Of a stretch of 64,000 bases of DNA, positions 28,151 to 35,856 are shown piece after piece. Position 1 is the first letter of the stretch; the number at the start of each line of letters is the position of its first letter. The notes below the pieces were generated by a model. The model ran no database searches. It was given only the letters and a program-made list of their open reading frames with translations, and had not been told where the DNA came from. A program made the position numbers and the translations under genes. Origin of the DNA: a virus (Duplodnaviria > Caudoviricetes); the IMG/VR virus record IMGVR_UViG_2866816733_000004, positions 40,491 through 104,490 of that record; one strand, 5' to 3'.

Positions 28151-28184
28151 GGTGTTCGACCCGCCACGAAGGCGGATGTGGGGG
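28151..28184 (-). promoter_or_regulatory. Permuted Ro-binding-like hairpin in rsr leader
   Basis: Minus strand CACATCCGCC-TTCGT-GGCGGGTCGAAC directly before the GGAGG RBS. Confidence 0.55.
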
Positions 28185-28202
28185 ACTGGCGCTGGCCCGC
28201 GC

Positions 28203-28348
28203 GGGGAGGGCGGATGTGGTGGCGCCTGCCGGGTTTTTAGACCAATGCGCTACCTGGCTGCGCTACCGGCCGACCAGGTCGGCCGAGCAGGATTTGAACC
28301 TGCGACCTTTGGTTCCCGATAACCGACGGGCTTCGACCCGCCCTCCCC
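28203..28348 (-). ncRNA. yrlA: YrlA-type Y RNA with tRNA-like domain
   Basis: Terminal stem GGGGAGGGCGG-GTCGAAG / CACAT-CCGCCCTCCCC; T arm GCAGG-TTCAAAT-CCTGC, closed acceptor-like stem, D arm GCGC-AGCCAGGTA-GCGC; adjacent to Ro60. Confidence 0.85.
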
Positions 28349-28376
28349 ATGACGTCCAGCTTGGCCCGTAGGGCCG

Positions 28377-28457
28377 GGTGTCTGCACGGATGTGGGAACG
28401 ACCGCCGGAGGGCTCTATGCGAAAGATAACCGACGGTCTTCGACCCGTGCAGGCACC
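28377..28457 (-). ncRNA. Second Y RNA (short, no tRNA domain)
   Basis: Terminal stem GGTGCCTGCACGG-GTCGAAG / CACAT-CCGTGCAGACACC; shares CCGTCGGTTATC with YrlA. Confidence 0.75.
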
Positions 28458-28460
28458 GAG

Positions 28461-28510
28461 CCTGACGCGCTGATCCGAAGGTAACGCGCCGGATCACAGT
28501 TCGCATCTTG
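28461..28510 (-). ncRNA. Possible third, degenerate Y-like hairpin
   Basis: GATGCGAAC...TGATCCGG-CGCGTTACCT-TCGGATCA-GCGCGTC; loop GTTACC resembles GTTATC of the other two. Confidence 0.35.
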
Positions 28511-28525
28511 ATATTGGTCGGGGGA

Positions 28526-28801
28526 CTACCTCTGGGCCGCCGCCCGCAATTCCTTCTTCGCGTCCAGCACGTCATCGACCGTCGCCCACCACCGGTGGCG
28601 CTGCAGCCGTTCTGTGAGGTCCCAGCGTTCCGCGCGGGCGCGCTTCAGCTCGGTGTGCTGCTCGTCGGTGACTGTGGCCGTGCCCGCTATGACGTCGAGG
28701 GCCGGCGGGTGCGACGCCGTGATCTCCTGGCAGCGGGCGTCCGCGGCGTACCAGTCGCGCTGGAGTTGGAGCAGGTCAGGCGGGAAGTCGTAGGTGGCCA
28801 C
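28526..28801 (-). CDS. Hypothetical protein
   Basis: YDFPPDLLQLQRDW...HRWWATV...KKELRAAA. Confidence 0.55.
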   Translation of the reverse strand: MATYDFPPDLLQLQRDWYAADARCQEITASHPPALDVIAGTATVTDEQHTELKRARAERWDLTERLQRHRWWATVDDVLDAKKELRAAAQR

Positions 28802-28876
28802 GCGACGATCATGCCACCAGAGCACCAAGACAGGTCAGCGGGGGAGTGGTGGCGCGCTAGACAACCGTAGAGACCG

Positions 28877-29926
28877 CTAGAACTCGATGTCGTTCATCGG
28901 GTTGTTCCTCCACTGATCTACGGCTCGGATGTAGACGAGGAGCACGGGGGAGTTGGGGTTCCAGCGACCATGCTTAGCGATCTCAGAGATAGGGACGCCT
29001 GCTGCGTAAGCGGTCGAGGCTGAGCCTGCCCGGAGCCCGTGGGAGGTGTACTTCGCGGGAAGGTTGGCGAGGACGCCACGGCGGTGGACGATATCGCAGG
29101 CGGACTTGCCTGTGAGGCGTACGGCGACTTTGCCGGCACTGTTGGGCTCGCCTCCAATTCGCCCGTGGCGGTCGACGGGGCGGAACAGAGGACCGTCCAC
29201 CAGGCCCCGCTCGGCGAGGCACTCCTTCCATCCGTTGACGGCTTCGACCGGGCACATGTCGGCGCGCTTGCTGCGGGGGATGGCGACCCTGATGCCGCTG
29301 GCTTCCTGGTCGGTCTTCGACCGCTTTACATAGACGCTGAGCCCCTCGGGGGTTTCGATGGCGTCGTCCTGGTCGAGGCCGACGAGTTCGGAGCGGCGCG
29401 CCATCATGTTGAAGCCGAGGAGTAGGAGTGCCCGATCGCGTACGCCCTGCAGGGTCCTCAGGTCGCAGGTCGCGATCATGGCACGCAGCGCGTCGGGCAT
29501 GATCGGTGTCGCCTGCTTCTCTCGGTTGCCGTCCTCGGCCCACTGCCTCCGGTAGGTCTTGAGGGCTTTGAGAGGTTTCTCGCTATCAGGTTCGTCCTGG
29601 CAGCCAGCGTCTGTGTGCTTGGAGCGGATCGTGGAGATTGCCTGAGCAATGGTGTTGGGGGCGCTCTTGCCCCTGCACATGTGGTTGACGTACTCGGTGA
29701 GTGTCTGCGCGGTGGCAGGGAGGTAGACGCGTCCTTCGTGCTCACACCACTCGCGGAAGTCCTTCCACGCCCGGTCGTATGCGATGCGGGTGTTCTCGGC
29801 GGTGGAGTTGATGAGACGCTCAGCGGTGTCGGCGCTGATGGTGAAGTCGATGTCGCTGTACGCGACGGGCGGCGGCTCGGTAGGGCGAACGACGATGGGG
29901 GAGGAGGTGACCTCTAGGTCGGACAC
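28877..29926 (-). CDS. Tyrosine recombinase (Cre-like)
   Basis: NTRIAYDRAW SAM-like domain, RDRALLLLG...RRSEL, RSKTDQ, HGLRAG, HGRW, catalytic Tyr in LVYIR. Confidence 0.9.
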   Translation of the reverse strand: MSDLEVTSSPIVVRPTEPPPVAYSDIDFTISADTAERLINSTAENTRIAYDRAWKDFREWCEHEGRVYLPATAQTLTEYVNHMCRGKSAPNTIAQAISTIRSKHTDAGCQDEPDSEKPLKALKTYRRQWAEDGNREKQATPIMPDALRAMIATCDLRTLQGVRDRALLLLGFNMMARRSELVGLDQDDAIETPEGLSVYVKRSKTDQEASGIRVAIPRSKRADMCPVEAVNGWKECLAERGLVDGPLFRPVDRHGRIGGEPNSAGKVAVRLTGKSACDIVHRRGVLANLPAKYTSHGLRAGSASTAYAAGVPISEIAKHGRWNPNSPVLLVYIRAVDQWRNNPMNDIEF

Positions 29927-29929
29927 GCC

Positions 29930-30115
29930 TTACTGCCTAGCCAGGCTGCGGATCTTGCGTGCCGCGTTGCGGTAGGTCTGGGCCGCGATGGAGCGCTGGT
30001 CTTCGTTGAAGATGTCAGCCCCGCCGCCAGCCTCCAACTCTTCGGCTTCGGCGTCAAGAAGCCGAGCAGCCTCGCCAAGCGCATCACGTGGGGCTGTTTC
30101 TGCGGTGATCTTCAA
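29930..30115 (-). CDS. Small protein coupled to recombinase
   Basis: TTG start with GGGGGA RBS; ends 3 nt before recombinase. Confidence 0.5.
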   Translation of the reverse strand: MKITAETAPRDALGEAARLLDAEAEELEAGGGADIFNEDQRSIAAQTYRNAARKIRSLARQ

Positions 30116-30237
30116 GGGGGTCCCCCATCGAATTCTGAATTCCTATAATGCATCTTAACGGAACCCAGGCGTCTGTGACCTCACTCAAACGGAACGATTC
30201 TAGATCGATGTCCGCTTCTGCCTTACGGACGGTAGCC

Positions 30238-31104
30238 TCACCGCAGGTACAGCTCTTTACCGATGTCCTCAAAGGTCCTGGGCAGCCGCGGATGTGACTT
30301 CGTGATCGAGCAACCCACGCCCCCATCCTCCCCAAGGAGTTGAAGTGTGGTTGTCTCCTCACCTTCCTGGAAGGTAGGGATGAAGACCGGGTGTCGCTCA
30401 AGAGCCAAGGTGATCTTCAGTGATGGTATGCCGAAGTCCTGATCGCCGGCATAGTTCACCCTGATCTCGGTGAATGGTGCGCGTACGCCCCTGGCGTCCT
30501 CCGTTCCGGAGCCAGCGCGCGCAAGCTCCAACCAGTCGATCACCGTGATGTGACCGAACCACTCGAAGAGCGCTTCCCCCTCCGGCCCGATCATTGCGAT
30601 ATGCCCGTCCACCGTCGAGGGGGCCGACAGGGGCGCATCCCGCAGATCAGTCTCGCCCGCGATGAAGAAGCCATGATCAGCAAGCACGAAAATCGGGCGA
30701 ACGCTATCGTTTCGAAGCAAGCCGCGGTACCTCATCCCCAGGTAGTGGAGCCGGTGAGTGCCAATCGGATCCAGTCTCCGTGGCGGGGGGCTGACCTCGG
30801 CATCCTCACCCCAACTGTTGGCCAGCACCGCAGGTCCGTGTTGGGAAGAGTCGATGACGACTGTCACCGAGGGACTCGCGCTCATTGCTGCGTGACGTGC
30901 CTGGCGTAAGGCGGTCGCTTGATTGACTTCTGTAGCCCGCTGGGCCTCGACAACGGCGCGGGCGGCTTCCTGGCCTTGCCGCTCAGTCGCCTGCGCGCTC
31001 CGCCGCGCGTATCGCAGCGCACCCAAGGAGCCTGCCAAGGCGACGACCGATACCACGTTGGTGAGGGCGACTTCGGAGTTCACGATAGCCGATCCTAGAA
31101 ACAC
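30238..31104 (-). CDS. Membrane-anchored hypothetical protein
   Basis: N-terminal TM plus AARRSAQA-like helix; start uncertain. Confidence 0.55.
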   Translation of the reverse strand: MFLGSAIVNSEVALTNVVSVVALAGSLGALRYARRSAQATERQGQEAARAVVEAQRATEVNQATALRQARHAAMSASPSVTVVIDSSQHGPAVLANSWGEDAEVSPPPRRLDPIGTHRLHYLGMRYRGLLRNDSVRPIFVLADHGFFIAGETDLRDAPLSAPSTVDGHIAMIGPEGEALFEWFGHITVIDWLELARAGSGTEDARGVRAPFTEIRVNYAGDQDFGIPSLKITLALERHPVFIPTFQEGEETTTLQLLGEDGGVGCSITKSHPRLPRTFEDIGKELYLR

Positions 31105-31164
31105 CGGTGGGGAGTCGTCTGCCCGTTGGCCGCTGTCGGTCCCGTCTTGTTACGAGGATGAAGC

Positions 31165-32166
31165 TTATGATGAGCTAGGCGTCCTCTTAATACCTGACAT
31201 ACGCCACTGAGGGGGTGTGATACATGCCTGGACCTCTGCGAGACGCAGCGCCACGGCGATGACGAAGTCTCTGCAGTAGTCGAACTCTTCCTGAGTTGGT
31301 GAGTAGCCCTCGGGAGGGTGCACCTCGCGTGTGCCAGCCATCGAGTGGAAGACGAACGGCGTGAGGAGTGTGAATCTGTGGTATCGATGATAGTCGATTC
31401 CGACCGCAACCATGCGCATTGCGTCCTGTAGATAGTACGTCACCTCCGAGCACTTGGTGATCTGTTCGGCTAGGGTGCCGGCCCCCCGCACGGGCACACC
31501 CAGGCGGTTATGTTGATCTACCCGCTGCAGTGCTGCGGTGACATCCTGCTCGCGCATGAGGCCGCGAATTTCTGGACCAAAACTGAAGACAGACTCCCTA
31601 CGGTCATCGCCTCGAACATGGCTGGTGAACAGGTCGGAATAAGCGTCCACGAGCCAGCTCATTGCCTGAATAGTCTCCCCAGTCTTCCATCGTTCCGAAG
31701 CCCGCTTCACGAGGGACTGAGCACTCTTCTGAGGCATGAGATTTGCCATGTCGAGAGTATTGTAATCCAAGTCGAACACCAGAGTGGCGTTTTCCTGGAA
31801 GAACGAATGAACGTCCCTGCGGGCAAGGTCGATGTCTTCGGGGCTTGGAGGGGCTCCTGCGTGCTTGAAGTCCTTGCGGCATCGATTGAGGCGATCCATG
31901 CCCACTTTGCCCGCGAGTGTGACTTCGACCTTCTTCATCTCAACCCAGTACTTCATGAACTCAGTCGGCTGGTTGGCCTTGCATACCTCACACGCCAAGA
32001 TCAGGAACTGCTCGACAGCGTCGTGGAAGGCTAGGATGCTGATCCTGTTCATCGGGCTCGGCCGGTTGGACTGTTCGACAGCCTCGTGATGGATGAGCTT
32101 GATGAAAGCGAGGCGCTCCATGATGTGCGGGGTAACTGGAGTGGGTGGGGTCATGGTGTCCATCAT
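31165..32166 (-). CDS. Hypothetical protein, HEPN-like N-terminus
   Basis: AFHDAVEQFL...LNRCRKDFKHAG (R-x4-H). Confidence 0.6.
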   Translation of the reverse strand: MMDTMTPPTPVTPHIMERLAFIKLIHHEAVEQSNRPSPMNRISILAFHDAVEQFLILACEVCKANQPTEFMKYWVEMKKVEVTLAGKVGMDRLNRCRKDFKHAGAPPSPEDIDLARRDVHSFFQENATLVFDLDYNTLDMANLMPQKSAQSLVKRASERWKTGETIQAMSWLVDAYSDLFTSHVRGDDRRESVFSFGPEIRGLMREQDVTAALQRVDQHNRLGVPVRGAGTLAEQITKCSEVTYYLQDAMRMVAVGIDYHRYHRFTLLTPFVFHSMAGTREVHPPEGYSPTQEEFDYCRDFVIAVALRLAEVQACITPPQWRMSGIKRTPSSS

Positions 32167-32204
32167 CCTCCGGATCGCATGGGGATGCCGCGATTTCCCA
32201 ATCC

Positions 32205-32744
32205 CTACACATCGTCGATGCGGATCACCAGGCGTCGAGCGTGAGGTCCAGTATCGATCGGGCGGGTGCGGATCGACTCGACGTGCCCGTCGCCCTCCAA
32301 GACCACGCCGTCCGACATCTCCAGTCGGAGTCGCCGCTTCCCTTCTCCGGGGGCGGGCGAGTCAGGTGTCGTCCAGCCAGTGACGATCCTCTGGCCGTCG
32401 ATGATGGAGTAGTCGGGATCGATTGTGTCCAGCTCGGTGATGAGCTGCGTCCTACGCGAAGTGGAGATCAGTCGGCCTGTGAGTTCCATGGTGGGTTCCT
32501 TGGCGTCCGAGGCGTATCGCTGGGTGAGGGCGGTGGCTGCTTCGGAAAGGACCTCGAGAGGGTTGTCGCCGACGAGGTTGATGACGACCTCGGCGTCGCT
32601 GTTGCAGATCGTGACGTCGGCTCGGTGCCACGTGGGAGTGGGTGCGTCGACGTCCCCGTCGAGGGTCTCTCCGCCGGTGGACAGGGTGACGGTGTGACCG
32701 GTGTCGAGCAGGTGAGAGAGCCGTGCGTCGAGGCTCTGGTCCAT
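32205..32744 (-). CDS. Hypothetical protein
   Basis: GGAAGGA RBS; open frame. Confidence 0.5.
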   Translation of the reverse strand: MDQSLDARLSHLLDTGHTVTLSTGGETLDGDVDAPTPTWHRADVTICNSDAEVVINLVGDNPLEVLSEAATALTQRYASDAKEPTMELTGRLISTSRRTQLITELDTIDPDYSIIDGQRIVTGWTTPDSPAPGEGKRRLRLEMSDGVVLEGDGHVESIRTRPIDTGPHARRLVIRIDDV

Positions 32745-32779
32745 AGTGTCCTTCCCGGAATGTGCATTCTGTGAGCCCA

Positions 32780-33196
32780 TCAGGTCGTGCTGTCATCGCC
32801 CAGTCGTTTGCAGCCGTCCTCGCCGCAGAGCCACACCCCCGTCACGGGCGGTGGCGGAGGAAGATAGAAGAAGTTGATCGGAAAGCCTGTGAGGCAGACG
32901 AGCGCCTGCAGTTGCTCCTCGGTCGGGACGCGTTCGCCGGCCTCCCACTCGTCCACCATGGGCTCCTGGCCGCCGAGCGCCTCGTCGACCTCGGGCCCGT
33001 ACAGGCCGCAAATGTCAAGTGCCACTGTGATGCGTTCGGGTGTGGGTAGGCCGTTGCGTCTTTCGGCCTGGCGAACGCGGTCCATGACCTTGGTGATCTG
33101 AGACTGCCGCCGGATTCCAGGCCCGAAGGCACCGACCGGTGAGGTGGAGCGGCGTCGCTCTCGAAGTTGGCGGGCGCGTTCGAGGTCGTCAGCCAT
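32780..33196 (-). CDS. Hypothetical protein with XRE-like HTH
   Basis: VDEWEAGERVPTEEQLQALVCLTGFPINFF. Confidence 0.6.
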   Translation of the reverse strand: MADDLERARQLRERRRSTSPVGAFGPGIRRQSQITKVMDRVRQAERRNGLPTPERITVALDICGLYGPEVDEALGGQEPMVDEWEAGERVPTEEQLQALVCLTGFPINFFYLPPPPPVTGVWLCGEDGCKRLGDDSTT

Positions 33197-33472
33197 GCCC
33201 TATTCTCCCATGCCCGCAGGTCAGATGCCGGTTTGTGTAGCCGAGAGTTCCCAATCCCTACGTCACTCGTCGGTCTCGCTCCTGGGTTCTCTCAGGTGGG
33301 GCCGCAGGAGGGTCGCGATGCGAGTGATCTCGGCGGGGCTGAGGGGCCGATCGTGGCGGCCGTCTTCCTGGCCGGCGCGGAACGCCTCGTCGGGTGTGCG
33401 GCAGATGCGGCGCTTCGGCTGGTTACCCATATGGGCTCTCCCTCTTCGCAGGTCAAATGCGGGCAGTCGAGA

Positions 33473-33721
33473 CTATCCACGGGTGCCTTCCGGGTCCTGG
33501 TGAATTAGGAACCGGTGCAGATCGTCGTCTGGTGTGTGCTTCAGGTAGAGCTCCCCGCCCGTCCGCTGCAGCGCCATGAGGAACGCGTACGCCTGGACGG
33601 CGCGGTTGACGGTGTCGGTCTTGGAGATGCCGAGCGCTTGAGTGGTGTTGTCGAGGGCGAGGACGGCTTCGCCGAGGAGCTGGACGGTGATCTGGGCTGC
33701 GGCCCTGGGTGGATCTGCCAT
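33473..33721 (-). CDS. Ribbon-helix-helix-like protein
   Basis: AGGAG RBS; GISKTDTVNRAVQAYAFL. Confidence 0.6.
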   Translation of the reverse strand: MADPPRAAAQITVQLLGEAVLALDNTTQALGISKTDTVNRAVQAYAFLMALQRTGGELYLKHTPDDDLHRFLIHQDPEGTRG

Positions 33722-33751
33722 AGCTGCTCCTGCGTGTCTGGGTGCTGTCGT

Positions 33752-33982
33752 CTAGCGTGCCTGCTGCCGGGCGTGCTCGTTGCGGACGGCCTGGACGATG
33801 AACTCGGCGACGTCCTTCGGGTACTCGGCGTGTACCTCGATCCACACATCTGTCTCGTCGTACTCCCCGGCCAGGATCACCCAGCAGCGGGTGCGTGTAC
33901 CGCCGGGGTTGTCGGGGGCGGGTTGTGCGCGCCAGGTGTCGATGTCGACTCCCCCGATATGCGGGTCTTCGTTGGTGAGCAT
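33752..33982 (-). CDS. Hypothetical protein
   Basis: GAAGGA RBS. Confidence 0.45.
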   Translation of the reverse strand: MLTNEDPHIGGVDIDTWRAQPAPDNPGGTRTRCWVILAGEYDETDVWIEVHAEYPKDVAEFIVQAVRNEHARQQAR

Positions 33983-34109
33983 GGGGTTGGTTCGTCCTTC
34001 CACTAGTTGGGGCTGCAGCGGGTGCTGTCGCCGGTTCACTCCGCCGCATGTTGACAGTCGGTGGAGCAGTACGCGTCGTCCGTCTCGATCTCAATGAAGA
34101 CGGCCATGG

Positions 34110-34280
34110 TCAGGACTTCCAGCGGCCGACAACGACCGGCTGCGCCCAAGAGACCGTCTTGCGGCGGTCGATGATGATGTTCCCGTCGGGATCGAGGATG
34201 ATCTCGTCTTCTCGGATGTTGTCGTCCGCGAAGGATGCGATGACTTGCTGCTTGATGGCGGTTTCATCCGTCGCGGTCAT
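34110..34280 (-). CDS. Hypothetical protein (56 aa)
   Basis: MTATDETAIKQQVIASFADD; below ORF-track cutoff. Confidence 0.45.
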   Translation of the reverse strand: MTATDETAIKQQVIASFADDNIREDEIILDPDGNIIIDRRKTVSWAQPVVVGRWKS

Positions 34281-34340
34281 GACCAAACCAACCCTCAGTC
34301 GTCAGGCTTTCCTGGTGGTCCTCTTTGCAGTTGATGTCGC

Positions 34341-34577
34341 TCACCGGCGGGGGCTCCCGTCCGGCCAGTGGCTCTCCAACAGGGCCCGTTCGTGGTCTGC
34401 GCAGTACCCGAACGGCGCTCCACGCTTGGACGGCTTGTGGCACATGGTGTCGCGCTGGCCCCAGTGGGAGTCGCCGATGTCCCAGCAGCACTGGTTGGCG
34501 TTGAACGCGGCCTTCTCTTCTCGGGTGAACCTGTCGGGGTCCGTGCTCGGGGTAACGATGCGGTTCCGGTCGGCCAT
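34341..34577 (-). CDS. Cys/His-rich hypothetical protein
   Basis: CCWD...MCHKP...YCADH. Confidence 0.45.
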   Translation of the reverse strand: MADRNRIVTPSTDPDRFTREEKAAFNANQCCWDIGDSHWGQRDTMCHKPSKRGAPFGYCADHERALLESHWPDGSPRR

Positions 34578-34669
34578 GCTTTCTCTCGGTTCGAGGTGGA
34601 TGATCTGTGTTCCGTGAGGCGCTCCCCCACGGGGTAGCGGAGCGCCAGGACGCAGCACCAGCGCCGGGG

Positions 34670-34804
34670 CTACTTCTTCTTCGGGTCCTCGCTGTCGGCC
34701 TTCTTGCCGTCGACGACCGTCACCTTGGCGTTCTTGCCTACGGCGCAGTTCTCGACCTTGACTTCGCCGCCCATGTTGACGATCCCGGTGATCTTTTCGG
34801 CCAT
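34670..34804 (-). CDS. Small hypothetical protein (44 aa)
   Basis: GAGGAAG RBS; MAEKITGIVNMGGEVKVENCAVG. Confidence 0.5.
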   Translation of the reverse strand: MAEKITGIVNMGGEVKVENCAVGKNAKVTVVDGKKADSEDPKKK

Positions 34805-34855
34805 GTTGTTCTTCCTCTCGTATGGTGGCCGGGTGCCCGGCCTGTTGGTGCGGGG

Positions 34856-35329
34856 TCAGATGATGCGGAGTTCGCGGAGGAACTCTCGCCAGATCGGCTC
34901 CAGGTTGCGGAGGTCCGCGAGTTCACGTGGGGTTCGCCAGGTGAGGTCGTGGAGTTCGCCGTTGGAGCGGACCTTCGGCGGCTGCGGGCCGGTGAAGAGC
35001 GTGGTGAACACCAGCCAGTGGTGCCAGTTCTCGCCGTCGATGGACCCGGCTTTGCGGTGGCAGCGGTCGCCTCCGAGCCGGTTCAGGACGAGACTCAGGT
35101 CGCGGTCCCGGACGCGTAGACCGGTCTCCTCTTCCAACTCGCGGACGCCGGCGGCGCGGAACGCGGGCTCCTCTTCATGGGCCCCGGTCGGGATGCGGGT
35201 GGCGAGTTCGTCGACGTGCCCGGCGCACGGCGCGACCGCCACCGGGGTTTTCGCGCGCAGGCCGGTGAGGTAGCGGCCTTCCCAGACGGCGAGGACGCCG
35301 ACTACAGCGTGGTTGCAGGGATCTCCCAT
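34856..35329 (-). CDS. Nudix-fold hydrolase (divergent)
   Basis: AGHVDE...AAGVRELEEETGL. Confidence 0.7.
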   Translation of the reverse strand: MGDPCNHAVVGVLAVWEGRYLTGLRAKTPVAVAPCAGHVDELATRIPTGAHEEEPAFRAAGVRELEEETGLRVRDRDLSLVLNRLGGDRCHRKAGSIDGENWHHWLVFTTLFTGPQPPKVRSNGELHDLTWRTPRELADLRNLEPIWREFLRELRII

Positions 35330-35544
35330 CACGACACCCGGTGGATCTTGATGCGGCCGATGCGGAACATCCACTCGTTGGTAGGGCCGTCCTTCTTGAC
35401 GCGGGACGGTATGTAGACGACGTCGTCGGCCCTATCCGGGTTGGTGGTGTCGGCTTCGAGTTGCTCGACGTCTCTTGGGGGTAGGTCGGCGTACAGGGTC
35501 TGGGCGGGCCCGTTGGCGGGCCGGAACTCAATCTCGATCTTCAA
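35329..35544 (-). CDS. Hypothetical protein
   Basis: GAGGAG RBS with TTG start; coupled to Nudix gene. Confidence 0.55.
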   Translation of the reverse strand: MKIEIEFRPANGPAQTLYADLPPRDVEQLEADTTNPDRADDVVYIPSRVKKDGPTNEWMFRIGRIKIHRVS

Positions 35545-35562
35545 GGGGCTCCTCTGGAGGGG

Positions 35563-35838
35563 TTAGGCCGCGGCCTGCTGGCCGGGACGAGCGGTGTCGG
35601 CGAGCGCGAACAGGCGCTTCCAACCGGCGACGGTGAGCTGGTAGCGGACTCCGCCGTCGACCGACTGGACGATGAGGCCCCCGCGGGCCTGGACGTCGAT
35701 TTGCGTCTTGACGGTGTCCGGGGTTAGCCCCGCCACCGTTGCGATCTCGCGGCACGTTGACGGGCGCTGTGCGGCGCGGAGGATGGCGTGCTCAACGTCG
35801 TCCCAGATGCTCGACGAGAAGCGGTTGGTCGTGATCAT
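35563..35838 (-). CDS. Winged-helix DNA-binding protein
   Basis: TCREIATVAGLTPDTV...GLI...YQLTVAG. Confidence 0.6.
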   Translation of the reverse strand: MITTNRFSSSIWDDVEHAILRAAQRPSTCREIATVAGLTPDTVKTQIDVQARGGLIVQSVDGGVRYQLTVAGWKRLFALADTARPGQQAAA

Positions 35839-35856
35839 TGGAGAGGCCCTCTCGGG

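Noticed and set aside
28238-28319. Canonical tRNA gene or tRNA-derived att site
   Set aside because: The T arm precedes the D arm, there is no CCA, and it is enclosed in a Ro-binding stem; it fits a YrlA Y RNA
30116-30237. lox-like site for the Cre-like recombinase
   Set aside because: AT-rich with short AACGGAAC repeats but no 13-bp inverted repeat pair; more likely a promoter
33217-33460. Recurrent GCAGGTCA motif (also near 49456, 52829, 54808, 63287)
   Set aside because: A common intergenic motif in actinomycete DNA; no regular spacing or specific association
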